64,000 bases of DNA. Origin: an uncultured delta proteobacterium (lineage in GTDB: Bacteria; Desulfobacterota; Binatia; UBA9968). Every line of letters begins with the position of its first letter. The stretch's first letter is position 1. The notes beneath the pieces were generated by a model. The model saw only the letters and a list, made by a program, of their open reading frames with translations, was not told the DNA's origin and ran no database searches. A program made the position numbers and the translations under genes. Positions 42,582 through 52,708 of this stretch are shown piece by piece. The stretch spans positions 480,001 through 544,000 of the forward strand of contig CAVUZH010000013.1 of the NCBI GenBank assembly GCA_963745835.1, in the 5' to 3' direction.

Positions 42582-42727
42582 CGGTAGGTGACTTCATCTT
42601 GTTTCTAGTGCCTTGGAGTCGTGGCGCAACAATTTTCCTTTACGAGCCAAATTGGAATGAAAATCGGCAAGGATAAGTTAAAACTTGATTGTTTTCAGCC
42701 ATTCGGGATAAAACGCTATGCGTTACC

Positions 42728-44362
42728 ATGTTTCTGAGACGTGGTATGTTCGCCACATTGACGAAGTTTAGTCTGAGAGTCGTTATTCCAAGCGTTTGCC
42801 TCATCGTCCTTGTGAATGTGCTTCTCTCCGAACATCATGAAAGCAATCCACAAAAACGTATCGAAGTGGCGTTGGCCTCAAGAAATAATGCCGGTGCAAA
42901 AGCGGAATACCACAAGCTGATTGAGGACAATTTCTTTAAGGTCGAGTATCACAGAGGCTATATCGGCAGCCACCTCGGGCAACCTCGGCGGGGAAGCGCT
43001 TTTTCGGCGCAAGCCAATCAGGATATAATTGAGGGGTATCGACGTTACGCGTCGTCGAGCATTCCCGAAGTGTCTGACATCGGGTACTACGGACTTGGCT
43101 ATTTCTACAGTCTTCAGAGAGACGACGAGCGGGCAAGAGAGAATTTCCAGAAAGTTCGCAATACTCAACTCCCCTACCTGAACAACTCTCTTGGAGCGGT
43201 CTATCGCAGGACGGGTCGTCTCGATCTGGCGAAGCAATACTTCCATCGAGAGATCCAGGTTGGAGGTAATGTAGCGGGAGCTTATTCGGGCCTTGCTCAG
43301 ATATTTTACGCCACAAAGCAGTACAGTGATCTCAAGCAAATTGCTGCCCGTGCAGAAGCAAAAAACTCTTTTCCACCGCGTATCCGACGATTTCTGGCGC
43401 TGCGAGAGGGAAGGTATGCAGACTATTTATGGGAAGCTTCGGTTTTCCGCCGCGTGACTGCCTACGGTCTCCTCGGCGTCGTGCTGATACTTGGCACCTG
43501 GTTTGTCTATCTGCAGCAGATCGAAGGGTTCGAGCCGAAACGCCTTGGCTACACCGTAATAGTCCTGGCCGGAGGGATGATTTTTTGTTGCTTTGTAGTG
43601 CCGCTCTACGATGCCTTTGCCTTCGGATCCCGCGCCAACGGCACGGACCAAAAGGATCTCCTTTATTACGTATTAGTCGTCGGGCTCATTGAGGAAGCGT
43701 TAAAGATCATTCCCGTGCTCCTGGTCATGTGGCTGACCCGTGCGATCGATGAGCCTTTGGACTACATCATCTACGGCTCTATATCGGCGCTCGGTTTCGC
43801 CTTCATGGAAAACCTGCTCCCCGGCTATGAATGGAGACTCGGAGCAATCTCCTCCCGCGCATTGGGGGCTGTTGTCCTGCACATGACATTCACTTCATTA
43901 ATTATGTACGGACTCTTCTATAGCAGGTACCGCGCCCAGAAGAAGCCGCTTCAGTATTTTCTTCTCGCCTTTGGAGCAGCATGCGTCCTCCATGGGATCC
44001 TTGACTTCTCAGTCGACAGAGGCTGGAGCATTCTCGGTCTTCTAATATCGACTTATTGCATCCGGCAGTACGGTGTCTTTATCAATTCCACCCTGAACCT
44101 TTCCAAGCGTAACCCGGAGCGGCCGAAGCGACAACTTGAACTCACCGAGTATCTCTGCTATTCGCTGGCCGCCCTCGTGATGCTGCAGTATATCGCAATG
44201 GCGGTAAAGTACGGCCCGGGCAATGCAAACTCAACTTTCTTCTGGACAGCTTTTTTCTCGTATTTTTGGCTGTGCGTAATTCTGGTAAACCTCGGGACCT
44301 TTGACATGCGAAAGCGTCCATGGCTGCCACTTTTGAGGAGGAAAGCAACTTCTCACGCATGA
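42728..44362 (+). CDS. PrsW-family glutamic intramembrane protease with an N-terminal TPR-like domain
   Basis: GLIEEALK, ALGFAFMENL, HMTFT, LHGILD; TPR-like YYGLGYFY...ARENFQK and NNSLGAVYRRTGRLDLAKQYF. Start 42728 or 42746. Confidence 0.82.
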   Translation: MFLRRGMFATLTKFSLRVVIPSVCLIVLVNVLLSEHHESNPQKRIEVALASRNNAGAKAEYHKLIEDNFFKVEYHRGYIGSHLGQPRRGSAFSAQANQDIIEGYRRYASSSIPEVSDIGYYGLGYFYSLQRDDERARENFQKVRNTQLPYLNNSLGAVYRRTGRLDLAKQYFHREIQVGGNVAGAYSGLAQIFYATKQYSDLKQIAARAEAKNSFPPRIRRFLALREGRYADYLWEASVFRRVTAYGLLGVVLILGTWFVYLQQIEGFEPKRLGYTVIVLAGGMIFCCFVVPLYDAFAFGSRANGTDQKDLLYYVLVVGLIEEALKIIPVLLVMWLTRAIDEPLDYIIYGSISALGFAFMENLLPGYEWRLGAISSRALGAVVLHMTFTSLIMYGLFYSRYRAQKKPLQYFLLAFGAACVLHGILDFSVDRGWSILGLLISTYCIRQYGVFINSTLNLSKRNPERPKRQLELTEYLCYSLAALVMLQYIAMAVKYGPGNANSTFFWTAFFSYFWLCVILVNLGTFDMRKRPWLPLLRRKATSHA

Positions 44363-44447
44363 CTCAGCAGAAATGCAGAACTTGCGTGATTGTTTGACGA
44401 CTAAAATGGTCCCTTTACTGCCTGTTGCTCCTGCCTGATGTCTGTTT

Positions 44448-44578
44448 GGTTGAACGGCTTGAACGAATTGAACCCAGCAAAACGCACTGGATCGGTTGGA
44501 ACATTTGGAGCGGCTTAAATCCCTGGAACGAGCGCAGCGAATCTGACCTTGAACTTTTGGACCTTGAACTGTTGAACT
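44448..44578 (+). repeat. Copy 2 of the ~135-bp T(T/G)GAAC element
   Basis: ggttgaacggcttgaacgaattgaacc...cggcttaaatccctggaacgagcgcagcgaatctgaccttgaacttttggaccttgaactgttgaac. Confidence 0.85.
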
Positions 44579-44707
44579 CCCGTTACATCTGCTGCCCTTG
44601 ACTACTTCTGTCTGTTTGCCTAGTGTTCGGCCCAATCAGTGCTGGCAAGCTTAGTGCTCACGAAAAATCTTCGATACCAGGAATCGCCAAGGAAGTGGAG
44701 ATCCTAC

Positions 44708-45712
44708 ATGCCAGGGCGGCTCTTTCCCAGATCGATTGAAATTTTTGTACTGATCGCGTGTGTCCTGGCGGCAGTCCCTGGACTATCGGTGTCGGCGGAA
44801 TCGCCGTCCAAAACTATTCATTCCGTTACTAACGTCAGGCTGGCCACGCCTCCACCATCACTCAGCTATTTGCCTATCCATGTGGCGCTCCAGAAAGGGT
44901 TCTTTGCAAAACGCGGCTTTGATGTGGAAGTCATTCAGATGGCTGCTGGACTCGCAGCTCCGGCACTGCTCAACCGGTCCATCGATTATACGACGATACC
45001 GAGCGGACCGGCTACGGCTGCCGCTCGTGGACTGCCCCTTAAGGTGGTTTGCTTCACGTCGGTAAAGCTCCAGCATGTTCTTATTGGCCGCCCGGAGATC
45101 ATGAGCGTGACCGATCTTGCGGGGAAACGGATTGGTGCCGGAAGTCTTGGAACTCTCCCCGCCTATCAGGTTCGGTTCATCATCGATAGATTCCGGCTTG
45201 GAAGCGACACGATTATTGTCCCTTTGAACTCGACTAACGACCGGATCATCGCCACGCAAAAGGGCAACGTTGATGCTGCCGTCGTGTCAGCGCCCTTCGA
45301 TTTGAAGGCTGAGGAACTGGGATTGAAACGGCTCCTGCAGATCGGGTCGATACTGCCGATCCCGCAAGCAGGACTTGCCACCACCGAAGAAAAGATAAAA
45401 ACCAGACGGCACGAAGTCATTGAGTTCCTCAAAGCTACGAACGAAGGCCTCGATTACACTTGGAGCCAGCGGGAAGGCACTATTGATATCATCGCGAAGT
45501 GGATGAACTTAAATCGATCGTTAGCTGTAAGAGTCTACGAATCCGTGCGCGACACTTACTCGCAAAACGGCATCCCTTCCCAAGAGCAAACCAACGCCTA
45601 TATAGCCATGCTGAGTGCGACGGCAGCTCTGAAGGGAGACGTCTCCAGCGCTTCCATTTTCGATTTTACCCTTGCCGCCGAGGCGGCCAAAGAAATGACT
45701 GCAAAGAAGTAG
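44708..45712 (+). CDS. ABC transporter substrate-binding protein, SsuA/NMT1-like
   Basis: Signal peptide, PIHVALQKGFFAKRGFDVE, DLAGKRIG, GNVDAA, IFDFTL. Confidence 0.85.
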   Translation: MPGRLFPRSIEIFVLIACVLAAVPGLSVSAESPSKTIHSVTNVRLATPPPSLSYLPIHVALQKGFFAKRGFDVEVIQMAAGLAAPALLNRSIDYTTIPSGPATAAARGLPLKVVCFTSVKLQHVLIGRPEIMSVTDLAGKRIGAGSLGTLPAYQVRFIIDRFRLGSDTIIVPLNSTNDRIIATQKGNVDAAVVSAPFDLKAEELGLKRLLQIGSILPIPQAGLATTEEKIKTRRHEVIEFLKATNEGLDYTWSQREGTIDIIAKWMNLNRSLAVRVYESVRDTYSQNGIPSQEQTNAYIAMLSATAALKGDVSSASIFDFTLAAEAAKEMTAKK

Positions 45713-45947
45713 AGGGAAATAACACCGGTGGTGGAAGAGAATCTTGCCGATACCAAACTGCATGTGCAACATGCTCTGTGACATCCTCGAGAGGCAACCG
45801 GTGTTTGTACGCCAAGATGATCGGCCACTACTGACGCCAAGATTCAAATGCATTCGCAACTAACCAACTTCGGACTTCTCTGATCCGATCGGTTAAATAT
45901 TTTGAACGCACCGATTGAATTTTTTTGGTTTAACTCGGAGCAAGCTA

Positions 45948-46087
45948 TTTTGAACGAGTTGAAGCCACGAAAACACTGGAGCGATTGCAACGACTGGGAA
46001 CCGTTGGAATGGTTGAAACGGGTTGAATCCACTTAGCCAAGTAGCAGCCAATCTGATCTTGAACTCTTGAACTTTGAACGTTGAACC
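45948..46087 (+). repeat. Copy 3 of the ~135-bp T(T/G)GAAC element
   Basis: agcgattgcaacgactgggaaccgttggaatggttgaaacgggttgaatcc...aatctgatcttgaactcttgaactttgaacgttgaacc. Confidence 0.85.
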
Positions 46088-46091
46088 GCTG

Positions 46092-47198
46092 CTACGTGGC
46101 AACTTTCTGTCGTTGCCCCGTCTGTGAAGCGCGCATAATCGTATCCAACGTGCGATGACGGCGCACTGCGTGATCGAAGTCGGTCTCGATAGCCGAGCCG
46201 GTGCGTATTGCCTCGGCAAACTTGACCCACATCTGGCCCACTTCGTAGGCGGGACCGTCCGTGCGCACGGTTTCGGGCACCCACTTGAATCGCTCCGGCA
46301 CGGTCAACTCCTGCAGTACCTTGTCGTCTTTCCGTCCGCCCATAATTTTACGCTGCTGCTCCCCGCCACCCTCGCCGCCGCCGATCATCGCCAGCGTGCC
46401 CTCCCTGCCGTAAATCTCCAGCCGATGCCCGCTACCGTGATACGGATGCACGCCGCAGTAGGCATTAACGATGGCGCCGTTTTCGAAGCGGCCGTGAACC
46501 GCGATGTTGTCGGGTGAGGTGACGTCCACGTATCTTTTGGTGTCGCTCTCGAACCATTGAGGGACCTGCGTACTGACCATCGCCGAGAGTTCGGCCAGTT
46601 CGCCGACCACCATGCACATGGCGTCGAACACGTGGCCGAACGTAATCGTCAGCGTGTTCGCGCCCAAGGTGACATCGCGCTGCCAGGTGCGGTCCGAAGG
46701 GCGGGTTAACACACCGCTACCCATAAGCGTCATATTCACAGCCAGCATCTGCCCGACGTAATCTTGCTGAATCAACTCGCGCATGTACAGATAAGCGGGC
46801 GACGCGCGGCGCTGCAAGCCGACCATGGTGCGAAGGTTTTTCTGGCGCGCCAGCGCCGCCAGATCTTCGGCCTCTTTGGTATTCGCGCCGAGTGGCCATT
46901 CGCAGAAAACGTGCTTGCCCGCTTCAATGGCGTGTTTCGTGAGTTCGTAGTGCGCCGGCACCCGCACTGCGACCGCCACAACTTCGACCTGCATATCCGC
47001 ATTTAGCTCTTTGTCGTTGCCGTACGCGCGCATCACGCCAAACTTATCGGCCGCTGCGTGCGCGGTATCCGCATGCGCCGTGCACACGGCGTAGAGCTCG
47101 GCTTCGGGCACGCCCGTCAACGCCGGCGCATGCGCTCGCGGTCCCCATCTGCCCCCTGCTCCAATGAGTCCTACGCGGATTGGATTGAATTGGGTCAT
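46092..47198 (-). CDS. Gfo/Idh/MocA-family oxidoreductase
   Basis: IRVGLIGA, HYEL, AGKHVFCEWPL, GLQRR, LEIYGREG. Confidence 0.9.
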   Translation of the reverse strand: MTQFNPIRVGLIGAGGRWGPRAHAPALTGVPEAELYAVCTAHADTAHAAADKFGVMRAYGNDKELNADMQVEVVAVAVRVPAHYELTKHAIEAGKHVFCEWPLGANTKEAEDLAALARQKNLRTMVGLQRRASPAYLYMRELIQQDYVGQMLAVNMTLMGSGVLTRPSDRTWQRDVTLGANTLTITFGHVFDAMCMVVGELAELSAMVSTQVPQWFESDTKRYVDVTSPDNIAVHGRFENGAIVNAYCGVHPYHGSGHRLEIYGREGTLAMIGGGEGGGEQQRKIMGGRKDDKVLQELTVPERFKWVPETVRTDGPAYEVGQMWVKFAEAIRTGSAIETDFDHAVRRHRTLDTIMRASQTGQRQKVAT

Positions 47199-47445
47199 GG
47201 TTTCCCTCTTGTAAAATGAATTAAATTTATCGGCGCAACGCAACGAAATCGGCAAAGATGTCACAGCGCCAGTTCAGACTCTTACGTTATATCAAACTTA
47301 GAAAAAAGTCTGAGCTAGACGCGCGCCGTTACGTTGACTAAACTTGTCACAGACAGCGTGAGTTGTAGCTCGGCAGCGATACGGAACGAGTCCGGAAAAA
47401 TCGCGTCGAATTTTTGGCTAACCACCATATCGATAATGCGAACCG

Positions 47446-48438
47446 CTAGAACCGCCCTTCTTTCTCCATCCTGCGCACCGCGCTGTCTTCGATTAACTCT
47501 TCCGCTTTAAGGCGACGAATCTTCTCGTTGTTGACGCCCAGCAGACGGATGACATTACGAATGCCATCGGCGCTGGGGTAAATCTTACGTTCGTACAGAT
47601 TGACCATTGTGCGATAGCCATCTTCGGCATCTTCGATCCGTCTAAAGCGCAGCGCTTTGGCGAGACTCTTGGTAACCTGGCTCTTGTTATCAGGATTGCG
47701 GATGAACGCGACGCTATCCAGTAAGGCTCTGAGCACACTGTCCACTGCGGCGGGAGACGACGTGACGAAGCTCCGCCGCGCCATCAAGCCTGAGCCCTGA
47801 TAGGGTATCGGCAACTTCTCGCTGTCAGCGAGGACGGTGAAGCCTTTGCCCTCGAGCATCTTGCCGAAGGTGTAACCTAGGAACGACGCATCTACAGTGC
47901 CGTTGAGCACACCCTGGGCCATCACCGCCTGCTCGCCCAACGTTCTGAATTGAATTTTGTCTCGCTCGGGGACCAACCCCCAGTAATCCAGCATCAACAT
48001 CGAGAAAATCCATCCGCCGCCGCTCAAGCTGTTGACCCCGAGACTCTTGCCCTTTAACTCTGCGGGCGTTTTGATCTTTGGATTGGCCACGAACATGCCT
48101 GACAGCCGGTTAATAAATCCGGCAACAAACACCAGGTCGGCCCCTTCGGCAATCGCGCCCAGGTTCGCGCCGGAAACCGAGCCCCAGTGAAATTGAGTTT
48201 CGCCCGAGCTCAGCGCCGACATCGCCACCGGCCCATTGCGGACCTGGACGAAACTCAAATCGACGCCGTGCTTGCGAAATAAGCCCTGGTCCTGAGCTAC
48301 ATAAACCGCGCCATCGCGCTCGCTGGCCGATCCCGAGGTCATGATGATCTTGTATAACGGCGCAGCGCCTTCAGCCGGTTGAAAGGAAGGAATAAAAACA
48401 AAAAACAAGACGAGCAAATAAACCGATCGAGTTTTCAT
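47446..48438 (-). CDS. ABC transporter substrate-binding protein, SsuA/NMT1-like
   Basis: Signal peptide, YVAQDQGLFRKHGVD, ELKGKSLGV, DSAVRRMEKEG tail. Confidence 0.85.
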   Translation of the reverse strand: MKTRSVYLLVLFFVFIPSFQPAEGAAPLYKIIMTSGSASERDGAVYVAQDQGLFRKHGVDLSFVQVRNGPVAMSALSSGETQFHWGSVSGANLGAIAEGADLVFVAGFINRLSGMFVANPKIKTPAELKGKSLGVNSLSGGGWIFSMLMLDYWGLVPERDKIQFRTLGEQAVMAQGVLNGTVDASFLGYTFGKMLEGKGFTVLADSEKLPIPYQGSGLMARRSFVTSSPAAVDSVLRALLDSVAFIRNPDNKSQVTKSLAKALRFRRIEDAEDGYRTMVNLYERKIYPSADGIRNVIRLLGVNNEKIRRLKAEELIEDSAVRRMEKEGRF

Positions 48439-48765
48439 GAGCCTGCTCCCGTTTGAAATAGGATGATTAGATCCGCCTGCTACTCTGCGATCGCAGCCGA
48501 TCTTGGCAAAGAGTTTATCCTGCGGCAAGCGCTGAATGAGTCAATTTGTTAGCGGTTGAAGCCACAGGCAGCGCTCGCGGCATCGCGCGAGTTTTATTGA
48601 TAGAACGAGGCATAACTTCTTGGCAAGCCCCGCCTATTTCATGCTATTGATCCATTATATTTATATTCGGCGTATTCCGTTTACCATGTGCACCATCGAT
48701 CTATCGCTTTAACAGGCCTATCAGAGATTGTCAGCAGAACGCACGATCAAGGAGGAGCTTAAGCG

Positions 48766-49434
48766 ATGAAAACTCTTTACCTTTCGATCATCACAGTGAC
48801 TGTAGCCGTGCTCGGCATCACATGGGTCACGGCTCAGGACCGAGACACATCGATGAGTTTTTTTGTCACCAGCGCTGGTCCTGGCAACGGCGCCGACCTC
48901 GGCGGACTGAAAGGAGCGGATGCGCTTTGCCAGAAGATGGCCGCGGCTGGTGGAGCCGCCAGCGGTAATTGGCGCGCCTATCTGAGCGTCAGCGCCAATG
49001 ATGGGAAAGCTGCGGTAAACGCGCGTGATCGCATCGGCAAAGGTCCCTGGTACAATGCCAAAGGAGTTAAAATAGCCGACGACGTCGAGAACCTTCATTC
49101 GGATAAGAACAATCTAAACAAGGAAACGGCCTTGGACGAAAAAGGTAATCGGGTTAATGCTCGCGGTGACAAGCCGAATAAGCACGACATCTTGACCGGC
49201 TCTAAGAGCGACGGCACCGCCTACCCGGCAAGTCCAAACCTAACATGCGAAAACTGGACAGCCGGCAATTCAACCAAGCTCCCCGGAGCCGCTCAAGTCG
49301 GCCATCATGACCGCGAGGGTAATTCGCCTGAAGGCGTCTCTTGGAATTCGGCGCATGCCTCCCGCGGCTGCGGTCAAGAAGATCTCAGATCTTCCGGCGG
49401 CGATGGCTTGGTCTATTGCTTTCTTGGACGGTAA
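48766..49434 (+). CDS. Exported lectin-like protein (endostatin/C-type-lectin-like bacterial family)
   Basis: Signal peptide; SFFVTS..GADLGGLKGADALCQ..WRAYLS..NARDRIG.GPW..HDILTGS..C.NWT..GHHDR..SWNSAH..YCF. Confidence 0.75.
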   Translation: MKTLYLSIITVTVAVLGITWVTAQDRDTSMSFFVTSAGPGNGADLGGLKGADALCQKMAAAGGAASGNWRAYLSVSANDGKAAVNARDRIGKGPWYNAKGVKIADDVENLHSDKNNLNKETALDEKGNRVNARGDKPNKHDILTGSKSDGTAYPASPNLTCENWTAGNSTKLPGAAQVGHHDREGNSPEGVSWNSAHASRGCGQEDLRSSGGDGLVYCFLGR

Positions 49435-49515
49435 AAAATACAGACGGAAAGCGTAGCAGGCGTGTGACCGTTCTTAGAGAGTTTATTCAACTGAGCCTCT
49501 GGGAAGTACGGGACT

Positions 49516-50250
49516 CTAGCTGAGTAGTTCGATGACCATCATAAAGGCAAACGGCGCCATGGATGTTCCTCCACCTGACTTCAGGCACGCCTTATACATT
49601 TCGCGGTATTCCTGCCACAGTTTTTCGGGCTCCGCATCAGGCGCCAGACAGTCTGCCGGAGAAAATTGCCGTTTGACCGAACTGATGCCGGTGTTAAAGC
49701 GTTGAAGATGGGTAAAGCCCTGCTCGAAAAGTGGCAGCGCATCGGCATAGCGCCCGGTTTGGTGATAGGTAGCCGCCAATGGAAGATTGGTAAAGTATTC
49801 ATCTGGTTCTAATCGGAACGCCAGCTTCTGCACAAACTCCGCCTCTTTATATCGCCCTTGCGCGTGCAGTTGGAAACCGAAACGAGAAAACAAACAAGCA
49901 ATCTCCGCGATTGCCTCGTCCAAATCGATTCTCGTCGCAAGCTCCGGATAACGATCTCTCGGGTAGCCGTAATCTTCGGACAAGGTGATGAAACGCATCA
50001 CGTCTTCCTTGGAACTAAGCCGCGAGACGATGGCCACGAGAAAACGATGAGATAGTTTTTCCCAATCATTGCGAGTCACCAGAATTTGCAAAAGACAATC
50101 TCGTTCTGAAAGCCCGGTTTTTTCCAAAGCCCGGTAGCGCCTAAGCATAGCGGTGACTCTTGCTTTAGGAGTGAGATGTCGCCGCGCTAATAACCGATAG
50201 ATGATGATTCCCGCGATTAGAGAAATGAGCCAGAACATCGGATTGTCCAT
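49516..50250 (-). CDS. Hypothetical protein with an N-terminal membrane anchor and a TPR-like segment
   Basis: RBS ggagg; TM helix; GRYKEAE...LAATYHQTGRYADALPLFEQ. Confidence 0.65.
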   Translation of the reverse strand: MDNPMFWLISLIAGIIIYRLLARRHLTPKARVTAMLRRYRALEKTGLSERDCLLQILVTRNDWEKLSHRFLVAIVSRLSSKEDVMRFITLSEDYGYPRDRYPELATRIDLDEAIAEIACLFSRFGFQLHAQGRYKEAEFVQKLAFRLEPDEYFTNLPLAATYHQTGRYADALPLFEQGFTHLQRFNTGISSVKRQFSPADCLAPDAEPEKLWQEYREMYKACLKSGGGTSMAPFAFMMVIELLS

Positions 50251-50509
50251 TCTGACCTCCTCGCTGATGAAAAACACGCAATGCCCCGCCAGGTCAAGTC
50301 ATAGAAAATAGTCAAAGTGGCGATCACCGGCTAGCAAGCACGGCTCCGGCCATCCAGGTAATATTTTTTAGAGAGATCGTTTACGCGCAGCTCTGCCGTA
50401 CCCGATCAATCCTTTCTTTTTGCGCTTTCATCCCTGCTATAGCAGCGCTCGTCGACCGGTTTGCTAACAGAAGGCGAGAAAATGAGTCTAAGTAGATCAG
50501 GAGGAAGTC

Positions 50510-50734
50510 ATGAAAACATTGCTCTTACTGCTACTTCTAGGAAATTTAGGTCTGGCCGGCTGCGAGTTCGTCGCCGGAGCCGCTACCGGTGCTCTGGCCA
50601 CTGGAGCAGGATATGAAATCAATGCCAAGAGACAGATGGACAGGCTCGATGATGATTACCGCCACGAGCGCATAAGTCGCCGTGAATATGAACGCCGCAG
50701 AAGTCAGATAGAGAGAGGTTCCATCGTGTACTGA
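50510..50734 (+). CDS. Small lipoprotein with a glycine-zipper-like segment
   Basis: RBS aggagg; lipobox LAGC; GAATGALATGAG; charged C-terminus. Confidence 0.75.
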   Translation: MKTLLLLLLLGNLGLAGCEFVAGAATGALATGAGYEINAKRQMDRLDDDYRHERISRREYERRRSQIERGSIVY

Positions 50735-51205
50735 GTTCGGCAGGGGATTGTCCGGCGCGAATAACTGGGTCCAGCGCCGGTCGATTCGGATTGACGTTGA
50801 AATATATCGCCCACAGGTGTTTGATCGCCCTAGTAGGAGCCAAACGGTATCCTGCTCGTGCCAAGAAGCCCGCATCCGGTCCGCTGAAGTTACAGCATTG
50901 AACCGGCAGATTCTTAACTCAATCCGGCGCGGCCGTATAATCAATTCTTGGCTCGTCCAGGTTGCTTGTATTAAAGTTTTTTCGTAACTTTCGCGGCCAT
51001 CATCAAAGATCAGTTCTCCCTGCTCTTTCTCATCTCAATGTGCCTTTCTATTCCAGCGCCGCACCGACGGTGTATATTGAAATAGAGGCCGATCTACTCT
51101 GCCCCGCAGCTTCAGGATTCCATCGAGCGCGTCTAATTGTAAAGAAGTAGAGATGCGCCGATCCTGATCATTAACTAGAAAACCGCGTGCGAAAGGAGGA
51201 GGAGG

Positions 51206-52708
51206 ATGCAGTATAGAGATTTCAACATTTTTCGGATGATGTTCAGAGCAGCATCGCTTCTGCTGATTGCCGTTATCTTTTTCGGCTGCACATCTGACAT
51301 TATTCCCGCCACCGGCGAAAGGCGCTATCTGGGTTATACCTGGCAACAGGAAACCGAGCTCGGCAAGGAAGCCAGCAAACAAGTCGCCGCCTTGTTCGGT
51401 GTTTACCGGGATCCTAAACTGGAGCGCTACGTCAACGATGTCGGTAGTCGGGTTCTCGCAACCAGCCACCTGCGCCGGCCGGGAACAGAGGAGCAGTTTC
51501 AAAAAACACCGATTACGTTCACGGTACTCGATAGCCCGATCATCAATGCGATGGCTCTTCCCGGTGGGTATATCTATGTCACTCGAGGAATGCTCAGCCA
51601 TCTTAATAACGAGGATGAGCTAGCCTCGGTGTTGGGGCACGAGATCGGCCATGTCACCGCGCGCCACGCAGCGCGCCAGGCATGGCAACAACAATTGGGG
51701 CAAGGACTGTTGCTCGGCGGCGCGATCTTGGGTCAGGGGCTTGGACTTCCCGCCCAGGAAATTCTCAATGTCGGCGGCATGGCGGCGCAGCTACTGTTTC
51801 TTCGTTACAGCCGTGAGGACGAATTGGAGTCGGATCAATTGAGTGTCGAGTACAGCTCACTTGCCGGCTATGACCCGGCCGAAGTGATCTCATTTTTTCA
51901 GACGCTCAACCGGATCCAAGAAAAGGAAGGACAAGGAATGCCCAATTTTCTTTCCACGCATCCCAATCCAGGCGACCGAGTGCAACGCATCAAAGAATTA
52001 ACCGATCGCCGGCGTGTTGAACGACCGCCGCAGCCCACCGTCGACCGTTATTTAAATGCCATTGAAGGGTTGGTAATCGGTGAAGACCCGCGCCAGGGTT
52101 TCGTGGAAGGCAATGTCTTTTACCATCCCGATTTGCGCTTCCGCTTTCCGGTGCCACGGGGTTTCAAAGTGCTCAACCAACCGACTCAGGTGGTGATGGT
52201 CGAGAGCCAGAACCGAGCAATCCTGGGATTTACTTCGAGTCCGGAGAAGACAATAGAATCTGCCGCTGCTAAATTCATTAATCAGCCGGGACTGCGGGTC
52301 ATCCAACGGACCCCGACGCGCTCCAATGGCTTGCCGGCACTGTTGGTGATCGCCGATGGGCAGATGGAAAAAGGTCAGGTGGTTCGGCTGATGGTTTACT
52401 TTATTGAATATCGCGGCTCGGTTTACCATTTTCTCGGCTACAGCGCGCCCCAAGCCTTCAGCATGTTTCAAAAAGAATTTATGCAGACCATGCAGGGATT
52501 CGGCGAACTTCAAGATTCGCGTCTCGTCAATAAAGAACCGGTCCGCCTCGCGCTCGAGCGTGTTTCGCGACAGGCGCGCTTTCAGGATCTAATTCCAAAG
52601 AATTTGCCCGCGCCGCTTAAGCCCGAAGATCTGGCGATCATGAACCAGGTTCAGTTGAACGACGAAATTCAACCAGGGAGAACGATCAAGTTACCAAGAG
52701 CGCGTTAG
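51206..52708 (+). CDS. M48-family zinc metalloprotease lipoprotein
   Basis: NAMALPGG, LGHEIGH, YSREDELESD, FLSTHP; lipobox-like FFGC. Confidence 0.9.
   Translation: MQYRDFNIFRMMFRAASLLLIAVIFFGCTSDIIPATGERRYLGYTWQQETELGKEASKQVAALFGVYRDPKLERYVNDVGSRVLATSHLRRPGTEEQFQKTPITFTVLDSPIINAMALPGGYIYVTRGMLSHLNNEDELASVLGHEIGHVTARHAARQAWQQQLGQGLLLGGAILGQGLGLPAQEILNVGGMAAQLLFLRYSREDELESDQLSVEYSSLAGYDPAEVISFFQTLNRIQEKEGQGMPNFLSTHPNPGDRVQRIKELTDRRRVERPPQPTVDRYLNAIEGLVIGEDPRQGFVEGNVFYHPDLRFRFPVPRGFKVLNQPTQVVMVESQNRAILGFTSSPEKTIESAAAKFINQPGLRVIQRTPTRSNGLPALLVIADGQMEKGQVVRLMVYFIEYRGSVYHFLGYSAPQAFSMFQKEFMQTMQGFGELQDSRLVNKEPVRLALERVSRQARFQDLIPKNLPAPLKPEDLAIMNQVQLNDEIQPGRTIKLPRAR

Noticed and set aside
45721-45804. 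aacaccggt...accggtgtt inverted repeat after the binding-protein gene as an attC site
   Set aside because: Only 9 bp pair, there is no inner L-box pairing, and the flanks do not fit the attC consensus.
42373-46087. CRISPR array or integron attC sites as an explanation for the repeats
   Set aside because: No constant 25-45-nt repeat with unique spacers, no cas or intI gene, and no RYYYAAC...GTTRRRY ends.
50735-51205. Overlapping short ORFs between the small lipoprotein and the M48 protease
   Set aside because: No consistent start, RBS or recognisable motif on either strand.
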